Positions 18,973-27,911 of a stretch of DNA of 64,000 bases are shown one piece after another; positions within the stretch are counted from its first letter, which is position 1, and every line of letters begins with the position of its first letter. This DNA comes from Verrucomicrobiota bacterium (GTDB taxonomy: Bacteria; Verrucomicrobiota; Verrucomicrobiia; Opitutales; Seribacteraceae), in contig JAQBYT010000001.1 of the NCBI GenBank assembly GCA_027622665.1, positions 224,001-288,000 on the forward strand. The letters run 5' to 3'. A program made the position numbers and the translations under genes. Below the pieces are notes generated by a model. That model did no database searches. It saw nothing but the letters and a program-made list of their open reading frames with translations, and was not told the DNA's origin.

Positions 18973-21065
18973 AAAACTACCTCATTGGCTTCAGCCTAAT
19001 CCTATCCGCTGCTTACCTTTATATGGAGCAGGCAAAAGTACAGCAGGAAAACGCGGAAGAAAACCAGCGGCATGATACGAGCTCACGCCAAGATCAGAGC
19101 GATGGTAATTATACAGCACCCAACATAATTGATGTCGCGGACGGCGGAATGCGATCGGATGTCAACGCATCACCTCTTTCTGCGAAGATTCCTCAAGAGG
19201 TTAAAACATATGAGGGACTTGTCGGCGATAGCTCTTCTTTTGAATTCACTACTCTGGGCGGAGCCATCAGTGCGGTACATCTGGAAGAGGCAGAACGCCT
19301 CAAAAAAAGCTATGACATGATATTCTCTACGAATGATAATGGCAAAGGCATTGAAGGTAATGCATTTAGCATGTCGTTCGAAAACCATGACGGCGACCCT
19401 CTGGACAACCCATTACCAGGCTACGATTCGAGAGCTTACGAAATCGCCAGTGGAGACTTGAATTCCAAGGTGACTTTCCTAAATCGCACGGGCAACGTTG
19501 AGATTCGTCGCGAATATTTCCGGGAAGCAAACGAAACCTATGTGATTAGGCATAGAACAACCGTGATTAACAGAGGTGACTCGAGCCTAAAGCTCGATAG
19601 GATTAGGTTCGGCATAGGTTCGGCATTCCCTATACCCCGAAAATTTAATTTCATCGACCAAGCCGCGTCTTACATGCATGTCGGCTACTTCAATTCTGGA
19701 AACCCTCAAGAGGCGGGCTGGGGGTGTGCTAAATGCAGTGGTCGCATTGACGGGGAAACTGAAGAGTTTTTTCAGGTTAACGAAATGGATGACTACGACC
19801 GGCTTCACGAGGGGAAAAAATTATCAGAAGCCAAATGGGCTTCAGTGAACAATCAGTTTTTCGTTAGCATTCTTCGGCCTAAGGAAGAAAAGGATGCTGT
19901 TGTTCGAGGAATGCCAATTGAGCGTAGTACTGACGGCAACGCCAGCAATAGGGAACAAGGAGTAACGGGATCCATCTCAATTCCTTTCGGAGAGATTCCT
20001 CCCGGAGAAAGCAGAAGCGTCGAGTGCATCTACTATGCAGGGCCAAAAGATTATATGATACTCTCCTCACTGGGAATGGAACAGGACAAGGTTATGCAGT
20101 TTAACCCATTCGAGTGGGTTTCTGGGCCGATGAATTCGCTTCTAAACAAGTTGCACGATATTCTAGGCAACTTCGGCCTAGCGATTATCTTCCTGACCAT
20201 CCTCCTTAAATTGGTGCTGTGGCCCCTTACCGCAAAAGCCACACGATCCCAGAAAAGAATGCAGGCGTTGCAGGAACCAATGGCGAAACTCCGTGAAAAA
20301 CACAAAAAAGATTCACAGAAAATGAATCAGGAAATGATGAAGTTTTACAAGGAACAAGGGGTCAACCCATTTGCGGGTTGCTGGCCTATCCTAGTTCAGA
20401 TGCCTATTTTCTTGGGAATGTTTTATATGCTTCGTTCGGCTGCCGAACTGTACGGGCAAAGCTTTCTATGGGTAAGTGATCTTTCCGAGCAAGACAATGT
20501 CGCAGACATTGCGGGATTTTCGATAAATGCTCTGCCCTTTGTAATGTTGGCCACACAGTGGTTTCAGATGAAGCTTACACCAATGCAACTTGGTCCTGAT
20601 GCCAGTGATTCTCAGCGTATCAACGCGAAGATGATGCGAATGATGCCGTTCATGTTCCTCGTGTTTTTGTATTTCTTTTCTTCTGCACTGGTACTGTATT
20701 GGACAGTGCAGAATACAATGAGCATCATTCAGACACTCATTACGAAGAAGGGAAAATCTCCGAAAGAAATCGAAACCGAAAGAAGTATTTTAGCGAAAGA
20801 TGAAGCAAAGGACGGTCAGAAAAAACCTGATGCCGATTTCATCGAGGAAGAGGAAAGGCAACATCGCCAAGTTCTCGGTTTAAAGTTGCGCGGGAAGCTA
20901 AACAAAAAACAAATCGATGAAATTTATCGGAGGCTCATGGAAAAATATCATCCCGACAAAGTGCGTAACCTTGGGGCCAAGCGGCAGGATGAGGCCATGC
21001 AGAAAAAAGAACGGCTGGAGGCTGCCTACGAATTTCTCTTGAAGAAACTTGCCAACAAATCATAA
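18969..21065 (+). CDS. yidC: Membrane protein insertase YidC with C-terminal J-domain
   Basis: YAGPK, GNFGLAIIFLTILLKLVLWPL, NPFAGCWPILVQMPIF, FLWVSDLS, ALVLYW motifs; tail contains KYHPDKV. Confidence 0.95.
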   Translation: MKNYLIGFSLILSAAYLYMEQAKVQQENAEENQRHDTSSRQDQSDGNYTAPNIIDVADGGMRSDVNASPLSAKIPQEVKTYEGLVGDSSSFEFTTLGGAISAVHLEEAERLKKSYDMIFSTNDNGKGIEGNAFSMSFENHDGDPLDNPLPGYDSRAYEIASGDLNSKVTFLNRTGNVEIRREYFREANETYVIRHRTTVINRGDSSLKLDRIRFGIGSAFPIPRKFNFIDQAASYMHVGYFNSGNPQEAGWGCAKCSGRIDGETEEFFQVNEMDDYDRLHEGKKLSEAKWASVNNQFFVSILRPKEEKDAVVRGMPIERSTDGNASNREQGVTGSISIPFGEIPPGESRSVECIYYAGPKDYMILSSLGMEQDKVMQFNPFEWVSGPMNSLLNKLHDILGNFGLAIIFLTILLKLVLWPLTAKATRSQKRMQALQEPMAKLREKHKKDSQKMNQEMMKFYKEQGVNPFAGCWPILVQMPIFLGMFYMLRSAAELYGQSFLWVSDLSEQDNVADIAGFSINALPFVMLATQWFQMKLTPMQLGPDASDSQRINAKMMRMMPFMFLVFLYFFSSALVLYWTVQNTMSIIQTLITKKGKSPKEIETERSILAKDEAKDGQKKPDADFIEEEERQHRQVLGLKLRGKLNKKQIDEIYRRLMEKYHPDKVRNLGAKRQDEAMQKKERLEAAYEFLLKKLANKS

Positions 21066-21125
21066 GTATGAAGACCGCTTCATCGTAAAAACCACGAGAC
21101 TGAAATTAACTAAGGGAAAAAAGAA

Positions 21126-21884
21126 ATGTCCGGGCACAGCAAATGGGCTACAACCAAAAGGCACAAGGCTACTGTAGACGCCAAACGTGGTAAGATTTTC
21201 AGCGTTATCAGTAAAGAACTTATGCTAACTGCACGTGATGGCGGAGGGGACGCTGAATGCAACCCACGCCTGCGTACTTTAATTCTAAAGGCCAAGCAAG
21301 CCAACATGCCGGCAGAAAATGTGGAGCGAGCGATCAAGAAGGGTACGGGCGAACTTGAAGGCACAATAATCGAAGAACTGCTTTACGAAGGCTACGCTCC
21401 TGGAGGAGTTGGCTTAATAATAGAAGTTACGACAGACAATAAAAACAGGTCCGCATCTGAAGTCAGGAGTACGCTAGGGAAAGGGGGAGGGAACCTCGCG
21501 GGCACAGGTGCTCTCTCATACAACTTTAAGCGCAAAGGCCAATTCCTAATTGCCAAAGACAAAGTCGATGAAGATACGCTCACAGAACTAGCTCTTGAAA
21601 ACGATGCGAATGACGTTGTTGCCGAAGAGGAGCATTTCGAAGTTCTTTCCGAAGTGAGAGCATTCGATAAATTGACACAAGCACTGAATGCTGCACAAAT
21701 TGAGACCGATTCCGCAGAGCTCGTCTATCTCCCGGAAAACCTTATCGCCGTCTCGGACGAAAACGTAGCTCGTCAAGTATTGCGCCTAATTGACAACCTC
21801 GACGAGTTGGAAGACGTTAAGGCTGTTCACAGCAATTATGACATAGATGAAGCTTTGATTGAGACCCACGCAGCACAAGGATAA
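21126..21884 (+). CDS. yebC: YebC/PmpR family protein
   Basis: MSGHSKWATTKRHK, NPRLR, YEGYAPGGV, TDNKNR. Confidence 0.95.
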   Translation: MSGHSKWATTKRHKATVDAKRGKIFSVISKELMLTARDGGGDAECNPRLRTLILKAKQANMPAENVERAIKKGTGELEGTIIEELLYEGYAPGGVGLIIEVTTDNKNRSASEVRSTLGKGGGNLAGTGALSYNFKRKGQFLIAKDKVDEDTLTELALENDANDVVAEEEHFEVLSEVRAFDKLTQALNAAQIETDSAELVYLPENLIAVSDENVARQVLRLIDNLDELEDVKAVHSNYDIDEALIETHAAQG

Positions 21885-21892
21885 AGAACTCA

Positions 21893-23767
21893 TTGTCTTG
21901 TGCTGAGATAAAGTTAAGCACAGGCAGGAAAAACAAAGGAGTTTCCCATAAAGTGATCGGAAGCAAAACAGATCCCGATTACCTAAACGGAGTTGACGAG
22001 GTTGGTCTTGTAAAACCAAAGGAATTTCGTGACGACTCACCCTTTCAATTTGAGAGAGGAGGGGAAATCGCATCCATCAATTTACGTTATGAAACATATG
22101 GAGAGCTTGCTCCGAACAAGGAAAATGCGATCCTTATATGCCATGCCCTAACGGGCGACCATCATTGTGCCGGGATTCATTCGCCAGGGGACACGAAACC
22201 AGGTTGGTGGAACCAAATGATAGGTCCCGGCAAGGCCATCGATACAAAACGATTCTTTGTAATTTGCTCTAATTGCCTTGGTGCATGCCAAGGTTCCACT
22301 GGTCCAACTTCGCTCAATGAAGCTACGGGGAAACCTTACGGCATCTCATTTCCAGAGTTAACCATAGGCGATATGGTTTTCGCCCAAAAGCGTTTAGTGA
22401 AACATCTCGGCATCGACAAGCTCTATGCCGTCGTAGGAGGCAGTATGGGCGGGATGCAGGCGTTGCAGTGGGCAGTGTCCTGCCCAAAGTTAGTAGCACG
22501 AACCGTAGTGATCGCCGCAACCACACGGCACAACGCCCAAACCATCGCCTTTAACGACGTTGGCCGAGCCGCCATCCAGGGCGATCCGGAATGGAACGGT
22601 GGAGACTATCCGTCCGACGGGGGTCCAGAGGTCGGACTCGCGATCGCCAGAATGATGGCTCACATCACTTACCTTTCGGGCAAAGGCATGGAGCAAAAGT
22701 TCGGTAGATCTCGCCGCGAGCAAATAGACGGTAACGCAACGAAGTCAGTAGAGGCACACTTTGGGGTTGAGTTCGAGGTTGAAAGCTACCTACGCCATCA
22801 GGGGAAGACCTTCGTAAACCGCTTTGACGCGAATACCTACCTGCATCTCACCAAGGCTCTCGATCGATTCGATCTTCATGCGGAGGAGGGAGGACTCGGA
22901 CAATCCCTCAGTCGAATAAATGCCCGAACTCTTGCTGTAGGTTTTACATCCGACTGGCTATACTCTCCCCAGCAAAATCGTAAAATTGTGGAAACTCTCC
23001 AATGCTTGGGTAAGGATGCTTCCTATGCTGAAATCGATCATGATTTCGGTCACGATTCCTTCTTGCTCAAATCCGAACGATTCCATCGTCTTGTACAAGT
23101 TTTTCTGGAGGGAGCAGACCAAAGAGAACTTGATCGACAAAGTTCTAGGCCCGATTCGATCACTCGTACCGAAGCAAAAAAAGAAGCTGATTTTCGAGTA
23201 ATAGATGAATGGGTTGGGCAAGGCGAAAGCGTTCTTGACCTAGGGTGCGGTTGCGGAATTCTCCTGGAACACTTGGCCAAGACCAAACAAGTACGAGGTT
23301 TAGGCGTGGACATTGATATTGAGAAAGTCATTGGCTGTGTCTCACGTGCTGCTCCGGTCTATCAAGGTGATGTTCGCAAAACTCTTGCAGGCTTTCCCGA
23401 TGATTCTTTCGACTGGATCGTATTCTCCCGCACCATGGAAGAATTAAACAACCCATGTGAAGTCATTGAAAAAGCTCTACAGGTCGCCAAGCGAGTGGTG
23501 GTAAGTTTTGTTAATCACGGTTATTGGCGTAATCGCCTCCACTATTTCTTAAACGGTAGTCGGATCATAAACGACGTATACGACAAAGCTTGGCACGAAC
23601 GGGTCCCCGTCAACCCTGTATCAATCCGTGATTTCGAAAATTTCTGTCGTGACCGCAACCTAGTCCTCCGAAGGAGAGTGTGCCTAGGCGGAGACTGGAA
23701 AACCCATCGTAGAGTACTCCCAAACCTACTTGCCGGAGTGGCAATATATGAGGTAGGAAGAACTTAG
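21893..23767 (+). CDS. metX: Homoserine O-acyltransferase fused to MetW methyltransferase-like domain
   Basis: CHALTGD, GGSMGG, RFDANTY, GHDSFL, then VLDLGCGCG SAM-binding MetW domain; start uncertain. Confidence 0.92.
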   Translation: MSCAEIKLSTGRKNKGVSHKVIGSKTDPDYLNGVDEVGLVKPKEFRDDSPFQFERGGEIASINLRYETYGELAPNKENAILICHALTGDHHCAGIHSPGDTKPGWWNQMIGPGKAIDTKRFFVICSNCLGACQGSTGPTSLNEATGKPYGISFPELTIGDMVFAQKRLVKHLGIDKLYAVVGGSMGGMQALQWAVSCPKLVARTVVIAATTRHNAQTIAFNDVGRAAIQGDPEWNGGDYPSDGGPEVGLAIARMMAHITYLSGKGMEQKFGRSRREQIDGNATKSVEAHFGVEFEVESYLRHQGKTFVNRFDANTYLHLTKALDRFDLHAEEGGLGQSLSRINARTLAVGFTSDWLYSPQQNRKIVETLQCLGKDASYAEIDHDFGHDSFLLKSERFHRLVQVFLEGADQRELDRQSSRPDSITRTEAKKEADFRVIDEWVGQGESVLDLGCGCGILLEHLAKTKQVRGLGVDIDIEKVIGCVSRAAPVYQGDVRKTLAGFPDDSFDWIVFSRTMEELNNPCEVIEKALQVAKRVVVSFVNHGYWRNRLHYFLNGSRIINDVYDKAWHERVPVNPVSIRDFENFCRDRNLVLRRRVCLGGDWKTHRRVLPNLLAGVAIYEVGRT

Positions 23768-25215
23768 GGTATGCGATAGGGAAGAAAATTGTATCTCCCC
23801 TTAAACCAAACATAGAAGCGATTTAGGCCTCGGTGCAGGTATATCCGGGCATCCTTTTCGTCACGAGCAACCTGACCATTAATCTCCACGATTACAACCC
23901 CCTTGCGAATCGTTTGCTCCTCACCGGAAGATTCGGTGACCACCAAACCAGAAACCGTATTTGGAATATCGAATCGGCGACGAAGTTCAGGGTCAAGTGG
24001 AGCAAGTGTAATCCCGGAGATGATCAAACCACCTATGCCAGGGTGCAATGTATCATCGAGGCTACCTAAAGTGACTCTTAAGTTTTTCCGGTTAGAATCA
24101 CGAATAATAACCAAGGGGACGCTTGCACCAGGAGGGGTTTGAGAAATGGCGAGACGAAGTTCCGCAACGGAGGCAATTTCCTTACCGGCAGCCTCGACTA
24201 TAATGTCATTACCCTGAATCCCGGCTCGATCCGCTGGAGATCCTTTCACCACTCCCATTGTGCGGGCTCCCTTGTCGGAAGGCAAGTCCTCGAGCTGGAC
24301 CCCGAGGAAACCGCGCTGAACTCCACCTTTCTCAATGAGACCAGTCATAACACTGCGGGCGAGGTTTACCGGAATGGCAAAGCCAATTCCTATACTTCCT
24401 CCTGTCCGAGAGTAAATGGCCGTGTTAATACCAACGAGACGACCTTTGGCATCGATAAGGGCACCACCGGAGTTACCTTGATTGATTGCAGCATCGGTCT
24501 GGATAAAATTTTCATAGGATCCCGGATCCTTGAGAATACCGAGATCAGTACGACCCGTGGCCGAAACAATGCCCATGGTAACGGTGAGACCGACGCCAAG
24601 GGGGTTGCCGGCGGCAAAGACAATGTCGCCCACCCTTAACTTGGCGCTGTCTCCGAGGGTGATGGACGGAAGAGCTTCGGGAGCGTTAATCTTGAGAACG
24701 GCTATATCGGTGGCTTTGTCAAAGCCAACGATTTCGGCAGGGAATTCACGCTTGTCAAACAGTTTAACGGAGACTTCGTCCACTGGTTTTCCCGTGCGTT
24801 GGTCGGTAATAACATGGGCATTGGTGATTGCATAACCCTCGGGGGCAATTATCACACCGGACCCCATACCGGCCGGTACCTTTTGTTCTTCCACTCGAGA
24901 ACGGTCCGCACCTCTAGAAAGCCCATAATAGCGTCTAAGAAAATCCTCTAGCGGATTGGATGCGTTTGGAAAACTTCGGCGCACTACTTGAGCGGTATAA
25001 ACCCCGACCACGGCAGGTGTCGCTTTACTTAATACATCAGCATAACCTGTCACTCTTGGAGGATCAGTCTGAGGCAAAGGCGTCTCGTCTAACTTTAAAG
25101 TAAAACGATCTGCATGACCGAAAAGATGATTCTCTTGAGACCACAATAGATTTAGCAGAAATGTAATTACCACTATGGCCGTCTGGGGAAATTTGAATCT
25201 GTCGAATACCTTCAT
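23764..25215 (-). CDS. Do/DegP family serine endoprotease with PDZ domains
   Basis: TNAHV, DIAVLK, FIQTDAAINQGNSGG, RGFLGV. Confidence 0.93.
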   Translation of the reverse strand: MKVFDRFKFPQTAIVVITFLLNLLWSQENHLFGHADRFTLKLDETPLPQTDPPRVTGYADVLSKATPAVVGVYTAQVVRRSFPNASNPLEDFLRRYYGLSRGADRSRVEEQKVPAGMGSGVIIAPEGYAITNAHVITDQRTGKPVDEVSVKLFDKREFPAEIVGFDKATDIAVLKINAPEALPSITLGDSAKLRVGDIVFAAGNPLGVGLTVTMGIVSATGRTDLGILKDPGSYENFIQTDAAINQGNSGGALIDAKGRLVGINTAIYSRTGGSIGIGFAIPVNLARSVMTGLIEKGGVQRGFLGVQLEDLPSDKGARTMGVVKGSPADRAGIQGNDIIVEAAGKEIASVAELRLAISQTPPGASVPLVIIRDSNRKNLRVTLGSLDDTLHPGIGGLIISGITLAPLDPELRRRFDIPNTVSGLVVTESSGEEQTIRKGVVIVEINGQVARDEKDARIYLHRGLNRFYVWFKGRYNFLPYRIP

Positions 25216-25285
25216 TGCAAATACTTAGGCGAGGAAGACACTATGGTTTGTTTATGCCTCATTAAAAAAAAGGCTAATCAAGTGA

Positions 25286-26239
25286 TTAGAAACCCTTTAT
25301 TTTGAAAAGGCTGGAGATACTACTGTCTGTATGAGTACGGTAAATCGCTTCGCCAAGAAGAGGAGCCACACTAAGGGTGCGAATGGGGAGATCACCCGTG
25401 TCAAGTTGAACAGTATTTGTAGTAAGTAACTCATCGAGAACTCCCTGACGAAGACGTTCTCGACCGATCTCATTAAGAACGCCGTGACTCACTATTGCCC
25501 TAACTGTACGGGCTCCACGTTCCTTGAGAAGGGTGGCGGCAGCCACGAGAGTACCGGCCGTTTCAGTCATGTCGTCGATAATAAGGATATCACGACCCTC
25601 CACTTCACCTACTAGGTTCATGGCTTCAACGGTAGTCGCGCCTGTTCGACGCTTGGCAACAAAGCCAAGAGGACAACCAAGCATTTCAGCATAGGCATTA
25701 GCCATTTTCATGCCACCGACATCGGGAGAAAAAACCGTTAGGTTATCAGTGCTTTCTTCCTTAAGAGCTTCAAAGAAGACTGGTGAGGCATACAAGTGGT
25801 CAACGGGAATATCAAAAAAACCTTGGATTTGCTGGGCATGCAAGTCCATGGTAAGGATACGGTTGGCTCCAGCGGCAACAAGCAGGTTGGCTACCAGTTT
25901 AGAGGTAATGGGAACGCGAGGTTGGTCCTTACGGTCCTGTCGAGCATAACCAAAGAAAGGGAGGACTGCAGTCACTCTGGAAGCAGATGCGCGCTTTGCT
26001 GCATCTATCATAATAAGCAACTCCATCACATTGTGATTGGCTGGAGAACAGGTGGACTGAACGAGAAAGACATCGGCTCCGCGGATATTCTCGTTAAACC
26101 TGACGAAGGATTCGCTATCAGGGAATGCGGTGACTAGCGCATCCCCGAGTGGTACATCCAAATAGTCACATATTTCCTTTGCGAGATCAGGATTTGATGA
26201 TCCGGTGAAAATTTTAAGACTTGCCTCTTTCATTCTCAT
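25286..26239 (-). CDS. prs: Ribose-phosphate pyrophosphokinase
   Basis: GYARQDRK, MDLHAQQIQGFF, SPDVGG, IDDMTETAGT; start trimmed to ATG 26239. Confidence 0.95.
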   Translation of the reverse strand: MRMKEASLKIFTGSSNPDLAKEICDYLDVPLGDALVTAFPDSESFVRFNENIRGADVFLVQSTCSPANHNVMELLIMIDAAKRASASRVTAVLPFFGYARQDRKDQPRVPITSKLVANLLVAAGANRILTMDLHAQQIQGFFDIPVDHLYASPVFFEALKEESTDNLTVFSPDVGGMKMANAYAEMLGCPLGFVAKRRTGATTVEAMNLVGEVEGRDILIIDDMTETAGTLVAAATLLKERGARTVRAIVSHGVLNEIGRERLRQGVLDELLTTNTVQLDTGDLPIRTLSVAPLLGEAIYRTHTDSSISSLFKIKGF

Positions 26240-26252
26240 TTCGAACAACTCA

Positions 26253-27284
26253 CTAAGAGGTCTCGTCGAGGTCGGCAAACCTTTTGAACAAATCGGGTAA
26301 CTTCCTTTGCAAAACCGCAATGCGCTGAGCCAGAGCATATGGCAATGCGGGATTACCTTTGAGGAAGGCTCCTGCCTCGACATTCTTTGTAATCCCAGCC
26401 TGAGCGGCAATTTTCGCTCCTTTTCCGACATTAAGGTGGCCTGCAAAACCAGCTTGGCCGCCAACGATTACATCGTCATCGAATGAAACGCTTCCACTGA
26501 TGCCTACTTGAGCCACCACTAAACAGCGTTTTCCAATTCTAACATTGTGACCGATTTGCACGAGATTATCGATTTTAGTTCCCTCGCCAATACGAGTTTC
26601 GGCAAAACGAGAACGATCGATACAAGTATTAGCACCGATTTCGACATCGTCTTCGATCACGACATTTCCAAGATGCGGTATTTTTTCGTGTCGACCGGAA
26701 ACCTGATCAAACCCAAAACCTTCGGATCCCACAACAACTCCTGCATTCAAGATGACTCGTTCGCCAAGTTCACATCGGCTAAGCAATTTTACACCGTTAA
26801 AAAGTCTGCTACCTGCACCGATCTTTGCAAAAGCTCCTACATGAACATGGGATGCAATACGAACGTCGGCACCGATTTCAGCTCCACCTTCGATATGGCA
26901 AAAAGGACCGATTGTCACGGAGTCCGCGACTATGACTCCATTTTCCATACAGGAAGAAGAATGAATTCCTATAGACGGCGGCGGAAAAAGGCGCTCCTCT
27001 ATGACGCGACAGATGAGACCTAGCGCGTACGAAGGTTCTTCAACTCGAAGATAACACTGACCGTCTCGAGGTAACCCAACGAAATCGCTGGGAAGGAGCA
27101 CCAATGAGGCGGCAGTGGAGGCAACTTGACCTTTATATTTCGGGTTACCCAGAAAGGCGATATCCCCTGATTGCGCTTTATCCAGTGCAGCAACTCCACT
27201 CAAGGACCCAACATGCTTGTCACCATCTAACTTGCCCTCGGGGAGGACTTTGAGGATTTCGTCGAGAGTTAATTCGATCGACAT
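26253..27284 (-). CDS. lpxD: UDP-3-O-(3-hydroxymyristoyl)glucosamine N-acyltransferase
   Basis: Hexapeptide repeats; GSEGFGF, DDVEIGANTCIDR, TKIDNLVQIGHN. Confidence 0.95.
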   Translation of the reverse strand: MSIELTLDEILKVLPEGKLDGDKHVGSLSGVAALDKAQSGDIAFLGNPKYKGQVASTAASLVLLPSDFVGLPRDGQCYLRVEEPSYALGLICRVIEERLFPPPSIGIHSSSCMENGVIVADSVTIGPFCHIEGGAEIGADVRIASHVHVGAFAKIGAGSRLFNGVKLLSRCELGERVILNAGVVVGSEGFGFDQVSGRHEKIPHLGNVVIEDDVEIGANTCIDRSRFAETRIGEGTKIDNLVQIGHNVRIGKRCLVVAQVGISGSVSFDDDVIVGGQAGFAGHLNVGKGAKIAAQAGITKNVEAGAFLKGNPALPYALAQRIAVLQRKLPDLFKRFADLDETS

Positions 27285-27322
27285 ACGATGCTACCGGACA
27301 ACACCCGGGAATGTATCGGGGC

Positions 27323-27883
27323 TTACTTGTTGGGGGCGGAGGAGTTAAGAACAGCGATCACATCTAGTGTCACGTCCAATGTGGGGTTTACGTAAAAAAC
27401 CCCCAATTGCGTTTCGGATGAATTGATCACAAGGTCGAGCTTCTTGACGGTGGAAACCTTGTCTACGGCTTCTCTAATGTCGGCAATATGTTCTACGAGA
27501 AGGTTTCTTTGTCTCTGTGAAATCGTCGCCTTGGTGCGCTTGTCGTATTGTATAAGATCATCCTGCTTCTCCTTGGCCTTTTTCACCTGCTCCTGATACT
27601 TGCTTCTGAGAGTGGAACTATCAATGTTCGGATTTTTCAGTTTTCCCTCAGTTTCCTTAAGTTCCTTCACAATGGAACCAAGTTCCTCTCGAAAGATTCC
27701 AATTTCTTCGTTGGCAATCTTGCGGGATTTTTCGAGGCGCTCACGAGCGTCTTTAACTTTATGGTATCCGTCAAAGACTTTTTGGACATCTACAACTCCG
27801 ATCGTCTGTGCCTGAACCATGGAAGAGACAAGACAGATAACGGTCGCTGAGAATAAGAATTGTGGAAGTGACTTTTTCATCAT
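27323..27883 (-). CDS. skp: OmpH/Skp outer-membrane chaperone
   Basis: Signal peptide, IGVVDVQKVF, coiled coil, DVTLDVI; sits between bamA and lpxD. Confidence 0.85.
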   Translation of the reverse strand: MMKKSLPQFLFSATVICLVSSMVQAQTIGVVDVQKVFDGYHKVKDARERLEKSRKIANEEIGIFREELGSIVKELKETEGKLKNPNIDSSTLRSKYQEQVKKAKEKQDDLIQYDKRTKATISQRQRNLLVEHIADIREAVDKVSTVKKLDLVINSSETQLGVFYVNPTLDVTLDVIAVLNSSAPNK

Positions 27884-27911
27884 TTTAAAATGGGGATGCC
27901 GAGGCGTATTG

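Noticed and set aside
26240..26464. N-terminal extension of prs in the ORF track (likewise skp, dnaB, rpsE, rplN and DUF1501 at 7840)
   Set aside because: These overlap neighbouring genes and lack family similarity; they are longest-ORF artefacts, so starts were trimmed.
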